Notes under the pieces: model-generated | What the model saw: only the letters and a program-made list of their open reading frames with translations | Told to the model about the DNA's origin: nothing | Databases searched by the model: none | Position numbers and translations under genes: made by a program | Assembly (NCBI GenBank): GCA_046757025.1 | Contig: JBHHXN010000080.1 | Coordinates: forward strand, 1 to 23,106 | Length of the DNA: 23,106 bases | Reading direction: 5' to 3' | DNA from: a bacterium | GTDB lineage: Bacteria; Zhuqueibacterota; Zhuqueibacteria; Oceanimicrobiales; Oceanimicrobiaceae | Shown here: positions 1 through 8,396 of the stretch, piece by piece | Layout: each line of letters starts with the position of its first letter | Numbering within the stretch: the first letter of the stretch is position 1

Positions 1-54
1 TCATTTAGCCATTTTCTTGTAAAAAAATGCAAAAGTTCAGAAGTCATACTATAA
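1..54. repeat. Partial copy (right end, cut by window edge) of the dispersed element also present at 11685-11738
   Basis: TCATTTAGCCATTTTCTTGTAAAAAAATGCAAAAGTTCAGAAGT(C/A)ATACTATAA matches 11685-11738 at 53/54 nt in the same orientation. Confidence 0.9.
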
Positions 55-74
55 AACTCCTTTAACAAATTATC

Positions 75-211
75 TACGGACCTCTGCAAAATGTCGATAA
101 AGGTCATTCTAAGAAGTGTAGTGACGAAGAATCTCATGCAACCCAATTTGCTGAAATGCAAAAGTGAAAAATTCCTGCTGAGGGATCGTTCTCTGAAAAA
201 TAGACTCCGTA
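75..211. repeat. Degenerate REP/MITE-like remnant
   Basis: Short inverted ends TACGGA (75-80) and TCCGTA (206-211) enclose GTCATTCTAAG...GACGAAGAATCTC (103-135), which resembles the GTCATT...GCAATCTC arms at 9978 and 11025. Confidence 0.3.
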
Positions 212-242
212 CAAGTTAAAGTGAATTCCATGATAAAAGAGG

Positions 243-1754
243 TCACTTCTTGCGCATTTCCTGAATAAACTTCTCCAGCACTTGCTCGCGTTTATTGAGC
301 GATTGCTCTTGACGGAAAATTTCCGGCTCCGCCACGCGCTCCGGACACTCTACTTCCGATAAACCGCAGCGTTCGCAGGTTTCGTTCACTTCCACCGTGG
401 CGATTTGCGGGTCCTTCCAGAACTTCACTTTTCTCTTAAATTCCTCGTTCATCAAAAAGCCGATTGAAATGCTGGAATTGGCGCCTTCCGTCAGGGCCAG
501 CGGCCGCGCCAGCGCAATGGTAAAAAACGCCGCCTCGCTTTCGATGAATTTCGACTTCTGCGCAGCGATGAGGATTTTCTGCGGTTTGCCGGCCCGTTGC
601 TTGTGCGCGATTTCCTTGAGAAAGCTGATAGACAGCCAGCGGCGGCAATAGTGCTCGTGCAGCCCGATACCGTGCGGCACCCGCACCTGCGACATGTTCA
701 ACTCTTTGGTGAGGCGGTAAACGTCGCTGCCGGCAACGTTGCTGAAGCGCAAGTAGTAGATGTCCCTCAGATTAAAATATCTCGGCACGATCTGGCTCAG
801 CCGATACAGAAACATTTCCGGCGTGGCGTCATACGCTTTCATCATCTTTAAAAAAGCTGCGCCGTCCCAGCTCGGACGCTTGAAAAATTGCCCCAGATCC
901 TGCTGCAACAATTTGCGGTTGATGAGCAGCGCCCCGGCAAAATAGGAGGCCTTGAAATTGTTCAGCACCTGCTCAAAAGACTCCACTTTGATCCAGGTGG
1001 AGGTGGTGGGCCGCACTTTCAAATTGAGATAGCAAAAACCGATTTCCCGGCTCAATAGAAAAGCCTTTTGAATGGGGTGCAAATTATTGTTGATGACCAG
1101 TGTTTGTTTTTTGCCGGGGATGCGCACCGAACGAAACCCCCGCAGCTCGTCATAATTTTCAAAACAGGTCTCCTGTAATTCAAAGTCGTATTCCTCGATC
1201 AGCACCGAACGTAATTTTTCGATTTCGATGATCTTTTGCAGCGGCCACTTGTGTGCCTTCACAAATTCCTGAGCCGCAGCTTCGAGCTCATCGAAATAAT
1301 TCTGGTGCAGCTTTTGATAGGAGCGCAAGGCCGCCAAAATGAAATGCTCCACGCGCATGTCGTAAGCCTGGCTGATTTCCAGAAACGTGCGAATGAATGC
1401 GCCGGCCTTTTGCGGGGCAACGGTCATCAAATCCATCAAATCGCGCGGCGCGATGCCGAACAGCTCAAATGGAAACTCTTTTAAAAATGGCGAATCCAAA
1501 ACGGACTTGAGCGTGTCCAGCTCTTCATCGACTTTGAGCGAAACCAGCTCATCGAACGAAATCTCCAGAGCCTGGGCTAATTGCATGATCTTTTCCGGTT
1601 TGGGATACTTCTTGCCCTTTTCAATTTCGCTCAAAAATGAAATGGAAAGGCCAGTGCGCTCCGCCAGATCTTTGAGAGAAAAACCTTTCTTCTGCCGGAA
1701 TTGCTTCAATTTGATGCCAAGAATCAAGCGTAAATTTTCACCTATCATGGCCAT
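243..1754 (-). CDS. XRE-family short-chain acyl-CoA-responsive transcriptional regulator (RamB/PrpR/ScfR-like)
   Basis: 503 aa. N-terminal HTH_3 (LKQFRQKKGFSLKDLAERTGLSISFLSEIEKG); central IrrE/M78-like segment (QKAFLLSREIG...ASYFAGALL); Cys motifs YCRRW and CERCGLSEVECPER. Divergent from aceB-aceA. AAGGGA lies upstream of the ATG. Confidence 0.88.
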   Translation of the reverse strand: MAMIGENLRLILGIKLKQFRQKKGFSLKDLAERTGLSISFLSEIEKGKKYPKPEKIMQLAQALEISFDELVSLKVDEELDTLKSVLDSPFLKEFPFELFGIAPRDLMDLMTVAPQKAGAFIRTFLEISQAYDMRVEHFILAALRSYQKLHQNYFDELEAAAQEFVKAHKWPLQKIIEIEKLRSVLIEEYDFELQETCFENYDELRGFRSVRIPGKKQTLVINNNLHPIQKAFLLSREIGFCYLNLKVRPTTSTWIKVESFEQVLNNFKASYFAGALLINRKLLQQDLGQFFKRPSWDGAAFLKMMKAYDATPEMFLYRLSQIVPRYFNLRDIYYLRFSNVAGSDVYRLTKELNMSQVRVPHGIGLHEHYCRRWLSISFLKEIAHKQRAGKPQKILIAAQKSKFIESEAAFFTIALARPLALTEGANSSISIGFLMNEEFKRKVKFWKDPQIATVEVNETCERCGLSEVECPERVAEPEIFRQEQSLNKREQVLEKFIQEMRKK

Positions 1755-1846
1755 TTTTTCCCTTTAATTGAAATTACCATAAATTCAAAATGCATATTCA
1801 CTTAATCTCCTAACGCAGCATATAACTGAAAACAAATTCTATTTTC

Positions 1847-1921
1847 CACGCAAAGCCGCGAAGCCCGCAAAGGTTGTCAATATATTTGTTCTTTTCTTTG
1901 CGAGCTCGGCGGCTTTGCGTG
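1847..1921. repeat. Intergenic palindromic element (CACGCAAAG...CTTTGCGTG type)
   Basis: Arms 1847-1872 (CACGCAAAGCCGCGAAGCCCGCAAAG) and 1896-1921 (CTTTGCGAGCTCGGCGGCTTTGCGTG) are complementary at 23/26 nt, with a 23-nt AT-rich loop. Confidence 0.8.
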
Positions 1922-2048
1922 AGATTGTTAATAAACTTTGCTAAAAGAACAAAGTTTTTCGGGATATTAGAATAATCCTTCTTTGATCAACAACCCCCAT
2001 TCCTGTCATCCACGATTCCAATTATCAACAGAATATCTCGAATGTTGT

Positions 2049-2078
2049 AATATAAAAAATGGCATGAAAATTATCCAA
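2049..2078 (-). promoter_or_regulatory. Candidate sigma70 promoter of the regulator gene
   Basis: Minus strand TTGGAT (2078-2073), 18 nt, TATATT (2054-2049). The AT-rich background makes a chance match possible. Confidence 0.35.
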
Positions 2079-2092
2079 TGATTTTTCACTTT

Positions 2093-2168
2093 TAGCGAAA
2101 TTTCTGCAAATTCCCCTAATTGCAAATATATTCTAATTGCGTAATTCATATTTTAGCGAAATTTCGCT
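2093..2168. promoter_or_regulatory. Putative operator array for the RamB/PrpR-like regulator
   Basis: Five related half-sites TAGCGAAAT, CTGCAAATT, TTGCAAATA, TTGCGTAAT and TAGCGAAAT (GC cores at 2095, 2106, 2122, 2139, 2156). The last forms the perfect palindrome AGCGAAATTTCGCT (2155-2168), which overlaps the first base of the aceB -35. Confidence 0.55.
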
Positions 2169-2196
2169 TGACTTTTAATTTTCTTTTTTTTATTAT
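2168..2196 (+). promoter_or_regulatory. sigma70-type promoter of aceB-aceA
   Basis: TTGACT (2168-2173), 17 nt, TATTAT (2191-2196); each hexamer matches consensus at 5/6. Confidence 0.6.
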
Positions 2197-2248
2197 CTAT
2201 CAGAATCATCTGACAAAAAAAATCAGGTAAAAATCCATAAAATAATGA

Positions 2249-2423
2249 AGCCACTGATTAACACTGATGAAAATTTACACTCGCTTTGCATTTTAATGCA
2301 TTTTCTGAAAAAATCAAAGCACTTTCATTTTTATCTTAGAATTCAGCACATCAAATATTTTAAAGTTAAAAATTATTTTCTATAATCATTTTTATCAATG
2401 TTCAATTCGCGTGAATCCATGGC
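2249..2423. repeat. Degenerate inverted-repeat element in the aceB leader (CCACGGATTAACAC family)
   Basis: Left arm AGCCACTGATTAACACTGATGAA (2249-2271) matches the reverse complement of 10298-10320 at 21/23 nt. A weaker right arm TTCGCGTGAATCCATGGC ends at 2423. Confidence 0.55.
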
Positions 2424-2469
2424 AAAAAATTCAAACTAATTCAAACTTTAAAAAAGAGGATAAAAACTT

Positions 2470-4077
2470 ATGTCTGATCACAACTTAGAAGGCATCCAGG
2501 TCCTCGGCGACCGGCTGCCGGGATTTGAAGAAATATTAACCCCGGCCGCTCTCAACTTTGTGGCAAAACTGCACCGCCGTTTTAACCTCACGCGCAAACA
2601 ATTGCAGGCAGCGCGCTCGGCCCGGCAGGCCGAAATCGACGCCGGCCGCCTGCCGGATTTTCTGCCAGCCACCAAAGCCATTCGGGAGGATAAATCCTGG
2701 AAAGTGGCGCCCATTCCGGAGGAGCTGCAGAAACGGCATGTGGAGATCACCGGCCCGGTGGAACGCAAAATGATGATCAACGCCCTCAATTCCGGAGCCG
2801 ACGTTTTTATGGCGGATTTCGAAGACTCCAACTCCCCCACCTGGCAGAACAACGTGCAGGGTCAGATCAACCTGCGCGATGCCGTGAACCGCACCATTAC
2901 TTTCACCAACCCCAACGGTAAACTATACCAATTGCACGACAAAACCGCTTTGCTGCAGGTGCGGCCCAGGGGCTGGCATTTAAATGAAAAACATCTGCTG
3001 GTGGACGGTGAAGCGGTTTCCGCTTCCCTGTTTGATTTCGGGCTTTACTTTTTTCACAACGCTTTTAACCTGTTAAACAAAGGCAGCGGCCCGTACTTCT
3101 ATCTGCCCAAATTAGAAAGTCACTTGGAAGCCCGCTTGTGGAACGAGATTTTTTGCGCAGCCCAGGACGAGCTGGGGATTTCCCGCGGCAGCATCAAAGT
3201 CACAGTGCTGATCGAAAATATTCTGGCGGTTTTTGAAATGGAGGAAATTCTCTACGAGCTGCGCGACCACATCACGGGCCTGAACGCCGGTCGCTGGGAT
3301 TATATTTTCAGCATCATCCGCAAATTCCGCAAGCATCCGGAAAAAGTTTTGCCGAATCGTTCGCAAGTGACCATGACGGTACCGTTCATGCGGGCTTACA
3401 CCGAGCTGCTGGTCAAGACCTGTCACGCCCGCGGCGCTCATGCCATCGGCGGCATGGCGGCTTACATTCCCAGCCGGCGCGATGCCGCGGTCAACGAGGT
3501 CGCCCTGGCCAAAGTGCGCGAGGACAAAGAACGGGAATCGCGCGACGGTTTTGACGGCACCTGGGTGGCACACCCGGATCTGGTACCAGTGGCCAAAGCT
3601 GTGTTCGAAAAGGTGCTGGGAGATCGACCGCACCAAAAAGAGCGGCTCCGCGAGGAGGTGCAGGTCACAGCACAGCAATTGCTCGATTTTCGCATTCCCT
3701 ACGGGCAGATCACCGAAGAAGGATTGCGGCACAACATCAACGTGGGATTGCAGTATCTAGAAGCCTGGCTGCGTGGAACCGGCTGCGTGCCTATCTACAA
3801 TCTCATGGAAGACGCCGCCACCGCGGAAATTTCGCGCGCGCAGGTCTGGCAGTGGCTGCACCAGAATCACACCGTACTTGCAGACGGCCGGCGGGTCACC
3901 ACCGAGCTCTACCACGATCTGGTGCCACAAGAGCTGAGCAAGATCAAAAGTCTGGTGGGCGAAAATGTTTATGAAACCGGCAAATATGAATTGGCCCGCG
4001 AACTATTCGACAACCTGGTCATGGATAAAAACTTCAACGAATTTTTAACTTTAATTGCCTATAATCAGCTTAACTAA
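2470..4077 (+). CDS. aceB: Malate synthase A
   Basis: 535 aa. Motifs [68 protein letters not shown]; adjacent to isocitrate lyase. Confidence 0.97.
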   Translation: MSDHNLEGIQVLGDRLPGFEEILTPAALNFVAKLHRRFNLTRKQLQAARSARQAEIDAGRLPDFLPATKAIREDKSWKVAPIPEELQKRHVEITGPVERKMMINALNSGADVFMADFEDSNSPTWQNNVQGQINLRDAVNRTITFTNPNGKLYQLHDKTALLQVRPRGWHLNEKHLLVDGEAVSASLFDFGLYFFHNAFNLLNKGSGPYFYLPKLESHLEARLWNEIFCAAQDELGISRGSIKVTVLIENILAVFEMEEILYELRDHITGLNAGRWDYIFSIIRKFRKHPEKVLPNRSQVTMTVPFMRAYTELLVKTCHARGAHAIGGMAAYIPSRRDAAVNEVALAKVREDKERESRDGFDGTWVAHPDLVPVAKAVFEKVLGDRPHQKERLREEVQVTAQQLLDFRIPYGQITEEGLRHNINVGLQYLEAWLRGTGCVPIYNLMEDAATAEISRAQVWQWLHQNHTVLADGRRVTTELYHDLVPQELSKIKSLVGENVYETGKYELARELFDNLVMDKNFNEFLTLIAYNQLN

Positions 4078-4091
4078 ATAAGGAGTTTATC

Positions 4092-5402
4092 ATGAACAAT
4101 TCCAACCATGCTCAACAGCAGATCTCCGAATTAGCCCGCCACTGGAACACCGATCCGAGATGGCAAGGCATAGAACGGCCCTACCACGCTGCAGAAGTCA
4201 TCCGTCTGCGGGGGACCATCAAAATTGAATACACCCTGGCGCGCATGGGCGCCGAGCGCTTGTGGCACCTGCTCCACAACGAACCGTTTGTGCGGGCTCT
4301 GGGCGCCCTGTCGGGAAACCAGGCCGTGCAAATGGTGCAGGCGGGCTTAAAAGCCATTTATTTGAGCGGCTGGCAGGTGGCCGCCGACGCCAACAACGCC
4401 TGCCAGATGTACCCGGATCAGAGCCTCTACCCGGCAGACAGCGCTCCGACCCTGGCGAAAAGAATCAACAATGCTTTGCTGCGGGCGGATCAAATTTCAC
4501 ATATTGAAGGCCAAAACGGCACCTACTGGCTTGCGCCCATCGTGGCCGATGCGGAGGCCGGCTTTGGCGGACCCCTGAACGCGTTCGAGCTCATGAAAGC
4601 CATGATCGAAGCCGGCGCCGCGGCCGTGCACTTTGAGGATCAATTGTCATCCTTGAAAAAATGCGGTCACATGGGCGGCAAAGTGCTGGTTCCGGATCGC
4701 GTGTTCATTCAAAAGCTCATTTCCGCGCGCCTGGCCGCCGATGTTTTGGACGTGCCAACCATTCTGATCGCCCGAACCGACGCCAACGGCGCCCAGCTTA
4801 TTCTCAGCGACTACGATGAAGTGGACAAACCCTTTTTAACTGGCGAAAGAACGGCTGACGGCTATTATCGAGTAAAAGGCGGCATCGAATACGCCATTGC
4901 CCGAGGGCTCGCCTACGCGCCCTATTCCGACATGATCTGGTGTGAAACCTCCAAACCCGATCTCGCGGAAGCCCAAGATTTTGCTGACGCAATTCATGAG
5001 AAATTTCCCGGCAAACTTTTAGCTTACAACTGCTCACCCTCTTTCAACTGGAAACGAAATCTGGATGAAGCTACCATCGCAGTATTTCAGGAGAAGCTGG
5101 CTGAAATGGGCTACAAATTCCAATTTGTCACCTTAGCGGGATTTCACGCCTTGAATACGGCCATGTTCGATCTGGCGCGCGCCTATTTTAAGCAAGGCAT
5201 GGCGGCGTATTCACGCCTGCAGGAGCACGAATTTGAGCTGGAAAATAAATATGGCTACAGCGCCGTGAAACATCAGAAGTTTGTGGGCGCCGGCTATTTT
5301 GATGAAGTGCAAATGACTATTTCCGGGGGTGAAGCCTCAACCGCCGCGTTGAAAGGTTCGACAGAAGAAGAACAATTCACCGAAGAGCCGGTTCTGGCGT
5401 AA
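4092..5402 (+). CDS. aceA: Isocitrate lyase (short bacterial type)
   Basis: 436 aa. Motifs [21 protein letters not shown], catalytic [32 protein letters not shown]; 14 bp after aceB. Confidence 0.98.
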   Translation: MNNSNHAQQQISELARHWNTDPRWQGIERPYHAAEVIRLRGTIKIEYTLARMGAERLWHLLHNEPFVRALGALSGNQAVQMVQAGLKAIYLSGWQVAADANNACQMYPDQSLYPADSAPTLAKRINNALLRADQISHIEGQNGTYWLAPIVADAEAGFGGPLNAFELMKAMIEAGAAAVHFEDQLSSLKKCGHMGGKVLVPDRVFIQKLISARLAADVLDVPTILIARTDANGAQLILSDYDEVDKPFLTGERTADGYYRVKGGIEYAIARGLAYAPYSDMIWCETSKPDLAEAQDFADAIHEKFPGKLLAYNCSPSFNWKRNLDEATIAVFQEKLAEMGYKFQFVTLAGFHALNTAMFDLARAYFKQGMAAYSRLQEHEFELENKYGYSAVKHQKFVGAGYFDEVQMTISGGEASTAALKGSTEEEQFTEEPVLA

Positions 5403-5417
5403 TTCTTAATGTCGCGT

Positions 5418-5452
5418 TCAGGAGGGGAGTGGATTCCCCTCCTGATTTTTTT
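5418..5452 (+). terminator. Rho-independent terminator of aceB-aceA
   Basis: Perfect 11-bp stem TCAGGAGGGGA / TCCCCTCCTGA with a 6-nt loop, followed by 7 T, 15 nt after the aceA stop. Confidence 0.9.
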
Positions 5453-5559
5453 GCGACCATAAACCATTCTGAATTTCTATCACAGCCGGACTAACCAGCA
5501 CCAACGATAAAAGGTGCGTTCCGCATAAAAGCGTTTTGCAACAACTCAAGATATAAAAT

Positions 5560-5584
5560 ATCCTGAAAATCCTGTTATCTTGTC
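5560..5584. repeat. Orphan 9-mer tandem repeat arm ATCCTGAAA-ATCCTGTT-ATCTTGTC
   Basis: Three imperfect ATCCTG units with ~9-nt period, the same design as the ATCCGTG 9-mers in the 107-bp repeat. Confidence 0.4.
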
Positions 5585-5751
5585 AAATAATGGGTTTAAG
5601 TTGACGCAAAAGCACAGGCCAGGCGGGACCGAGATTTCAAACAAACGCAAAGTGGTCTATTGTCAGATTTCAATTCATAAAAATCATCAATTAATTCCAC
5701 TAGCCCCCTGGCATTATTAAAATTTCTTTTCATTTTTTTCACGAATTTTAT

Positions 5752-5780
5752 TTGCATTTAAAGTGAATGTGCTGTATAAT
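5752..5780 (+). promoter_or_regulatory. sigma70-type promoter of acs
   Basis: TTGCAT (5752-5757), 17 nt, perfect TATAAT (5775-5780). Confidence 0.6.
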
Positions 5781-5935
5781 AAACAGTTACAATTACCCAG
5801 TTTTTCGATTTTAGCAAAAAATTCCATTTCGACTGCAATAGATTTGATTTCTATTTGCTTCAGTCATCACCTTTCATTTACAATTAGCAAATAATTTCGA
5901 CTCAATCTCAAAGATAATTTTCAAGGAGACGATCT

Positions 5936-7852
5936 ATGGCCAACAAAGCGAACAATAAATCCAAAGCCAATAACGCGGAAGTATTTAAGCCATCAGAACA
6001 GGTAAAAAAGAGCGCGTACATCAAAGATTACGACGCACTTTACCAGCGCTCCATCGAAGACCGCGAAGGCTTCTGGGCCGAGGAGGCGGAAAAACTGGAC
6101 TGGTTCCAAAAATGGCAGCAAGTGCTGGATGACAGCAAGAAACCCTTCTACAAATGGTTCGTGGGTGGAAAAATAAACATTGTCCACAATGCCATCGATC
6201 GTCATTTGACCACCTGGCGCAGAAACAAGCTGGCACTCATCTGGGAGGGTGAGCCGGGCGACGTTCGCACCTATTCCTACCATGCCCTCAATCGCGAGGT
6301 GTCGAAATTTGCCAGTGTGTTAAAAAGCATGGGGGTAAGGAAGGGCGAAATCGTCACCATCTACATGCCGCAGATTCCGGAGCTGGCCATCGCCATGCTG
6401 GCCTGCGCTAAAATCGGCGCCGCGCACAGCGTGGTTTACGGCGGCTTCAGCGTGGAAGCCCTGGCAGAACGCATTCAAGACGCCCAGAGCCGGGTGCTGA
6501 TCACTGCCGACGGCGGCTGGCGGCGTGGCAAAATCACCGATTTAAAATCTATCGCAAATGAGGCCATCGGACGTTCTGCCACCATCGAGGTGTGCATCAC
6601 GGTTAAACGCACGGAACAGGAAGTGTACATGGAAAACGACCGCGACTTCTGGTACCACGATTTGATGAGCCTGCCCGTGGCCAGTCCCAACTGCGAAACC
6701 GAAGTGATGGACGCCGAGGATATGCTATTTATTCTCTACACCTCTGGCACCACCGGCCGGCCTAAAGGCGTGCTGCACACGCACGGCGGCTACGCGGTTT
6801 ACACCTCCACCACGCATCGCTATGTTTTTGACGTGAAAGACGAAGATCGCTGGTGGTGTGCTGCCGACCCGGGCTGGATTACCGGCCACAGCTACATCGT
6901 CTATGGGCCACTGATCAACGGCTCCACCATCTTGATGTACGAAGGCGCGCCCAATCACCCTTACCCCAATCGCTGGTGGCAGATGATCGAGAAATACGGC
7001 ATCACCATTTTGTACACTTCTCCGACGGCCATTCGCGGGTTGATGCGCTTTGGCGACGCCTGGCCGCAGCGTCATGATTTAAGCTCGCTGCGATTGTTAG
7101 GATCCGTGGGCGAGCCCATCAATCCGGAAGCCTGGCGCTGGTACTACCGGGTCATCGGTCAGGAGCGCTGCCCCATCATGGATACCTGGTGGCAAACCGA
7201 AACCGGCGGTTTTATGATCACGCCGCTGCCCATCACGCCGCTGAAGCCGGGCTCGGCAACCAGGCCTTTTTTCGGCAACGAAGTGGCGGTGGTGGACGAT
7301 GACGGCAACGAAGTGGCGCCAGGCGAGGAAGGCAAGCTGGTGCTCCAAGCGCCCTGGCCAGGCATGGCGCGCACAATCTACGGCGATCCCGACCGCTACG
7401 TTGAAATTTACTGGAAAGAGTTCGAGATACAGGGCTGGTACAAGGCCGGCGATTCCGCGCGCATCGACGAGGACGGCTACGTTTGGATTATCGGGCGCAT
7501 TGATGACGTGATCAAAGTCAGCGGTTACCGCCTGGGCACCGCGGAAGTGGAAAGCGCCCTGGTCAGCCACGCCGACGTTTCCGAGGCCGCCACCATTGCT
7601 CTGCCGCACGATTTGAAAGGCAACGCCATTCATGCGTATGCCATTCTCAGAGCGGGAGTTAATGGAAGCAAGGAATTGGAAGCCGCTTTAAAGAACCACG
7701 TCGCTCATGAGATTGGTCCCATCGCCCGGCCCGAATCCATCACTTTTGTGGAGTCCCTGCCCAAAACCCGCAGCGGCAAAATCATGCGCCGGGTTTTGAA
7801 AGCGCGCGCATTGGGCGTGGATGAGGGCGATTTAAGCACACTGGAGGAGTAA
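5936..7852 (+). CDS. acs: Acetate--CoA ligase (AMP-forming acetyl-CoA synthetase)
   Basis: 638 aa. Motifs YTSGTTGRPKG, ADPGWITGHSY, GEPINPEAW, DTWWQTETGG and LPKTRSGKIMRR (acetylatable Lys). AAGGAG SD. Confidence 0.96.
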   Translation: MANKANNKSKANNAEVFKPSEQVKKSAYIKDYDALYQRSIEDREGFWAEEAEKLDWFQKWQQVLDDSKKPFYKWFVGGKINIVHNAIDRHLTTWRRNKLALIWEGEPGDVRTYSYHALNREVSKFASVLKSMGVRKGEIVTIYMPQIPELAIAMLACAKIGAAHSVVYGGFSVEALAERIQDAQSRVLITADGGWRRGKITDLKSIANEAIGRSATIEVCITVKRTEQEVYMENDRDFWYHDLMSLPVASPNCETEVMDAEDMLFILYTSGTTGRPKGVLHTHGGYAVYTSTTHRYVFDVKDEDRWWCAADPGWITGHSYIVYGPLINGSTILMYEGAPNHPYPNRWWQMIEKYGITILYTSPTAIRGLMRFGDAWPQRHDLSSLRLLGSVGEPINPEAWRWYYRVIGQERCPIMDTWWQTETGGFMITPLPITPLKPGSATRPFFGNEVAVVDDDGNEVAPGEEGKLVLQAPWPGMARTIYGDPDRYVEIYWKEFEIQGWYKAGDSARIDEDGYVWIIGRIDDVIKVSGYRLGTAEVESALVSHADVSEAATIALPHDLKGNAIHAYAILRAGVNGSKELEAALKNHVAHEIGPIARPESITFVESLPKTRSGKIMRRVLKARALGVDEGDLSTLEE

Positions 7853-7865
7853 ACTTTATCGGAGC

Positions 7866-8037
7866 TCCGGGTTCCAGGTTCCGAGTTTCGGGTTTCGAGT
7901 TTCGGGTTTCGAGTTTCGAGTTTCGGGTTCCGAGTTTGAAGTTTTAGGGCTGGTCGGTTTCAGAATAGGCTTGGCTTGCCACTTCGATTTTCGTTTTCCG
8001 ATTTCCGATCTTCGATTCTTTATTCCTAATTGTTTAT
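7866..8037. repeat. Heptamer tandem repeat tracts directly after acs
   Basis: Eleven units of T(T/C)CG(G/A)GT type at 7866-7942, then a second tract of (C/T)T(T/C)CGAT-type 7-mers from 7982 decaying to about 8037. Confidence 0.9.
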
Positions 8038-8396
8038 TGCCTTTTTTACTTGCTTTTCTAAAATTCATTTTCTATAATAATTCATTCACTGAAAACCTCC
8101 ACAACCAACAACCGCGTCCCGACCGCGGAATCTCTCCTGAAAATCAGTGAAACACACAACCTCGTTTCCCGAAGAGCAAATTGTTCACACAAATTATAAT
8201 GCGGAGCAAATGAAACATTTGACCAGTAGTCAAAATAAATTGCACAAGCCAAAACGGTTGGAGTGGGTGCAATGGTTAACTCAGACGCAATTATCAAGCT
8301 CTCTTCTTTTAGTTGCCAACCTCAAATTCGCAAGGCAGGTCTGTGCGGTCCGTTCGTTGAACCCCAGAAGCCAGCGATAACAAGATGGAGATAATC

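Noticed and set aside
7856..8068. 70-aa ORF with PETRNSK/PETRNPK repeats
   Set aside because: It is a translation of the heptamer DNA tract on the opposite strand.
8082..8380. Short ORFs upstream of the peptidase
   Set aside because: No recognisable motif, SD or codon bias; probably promoter/leader DNA.
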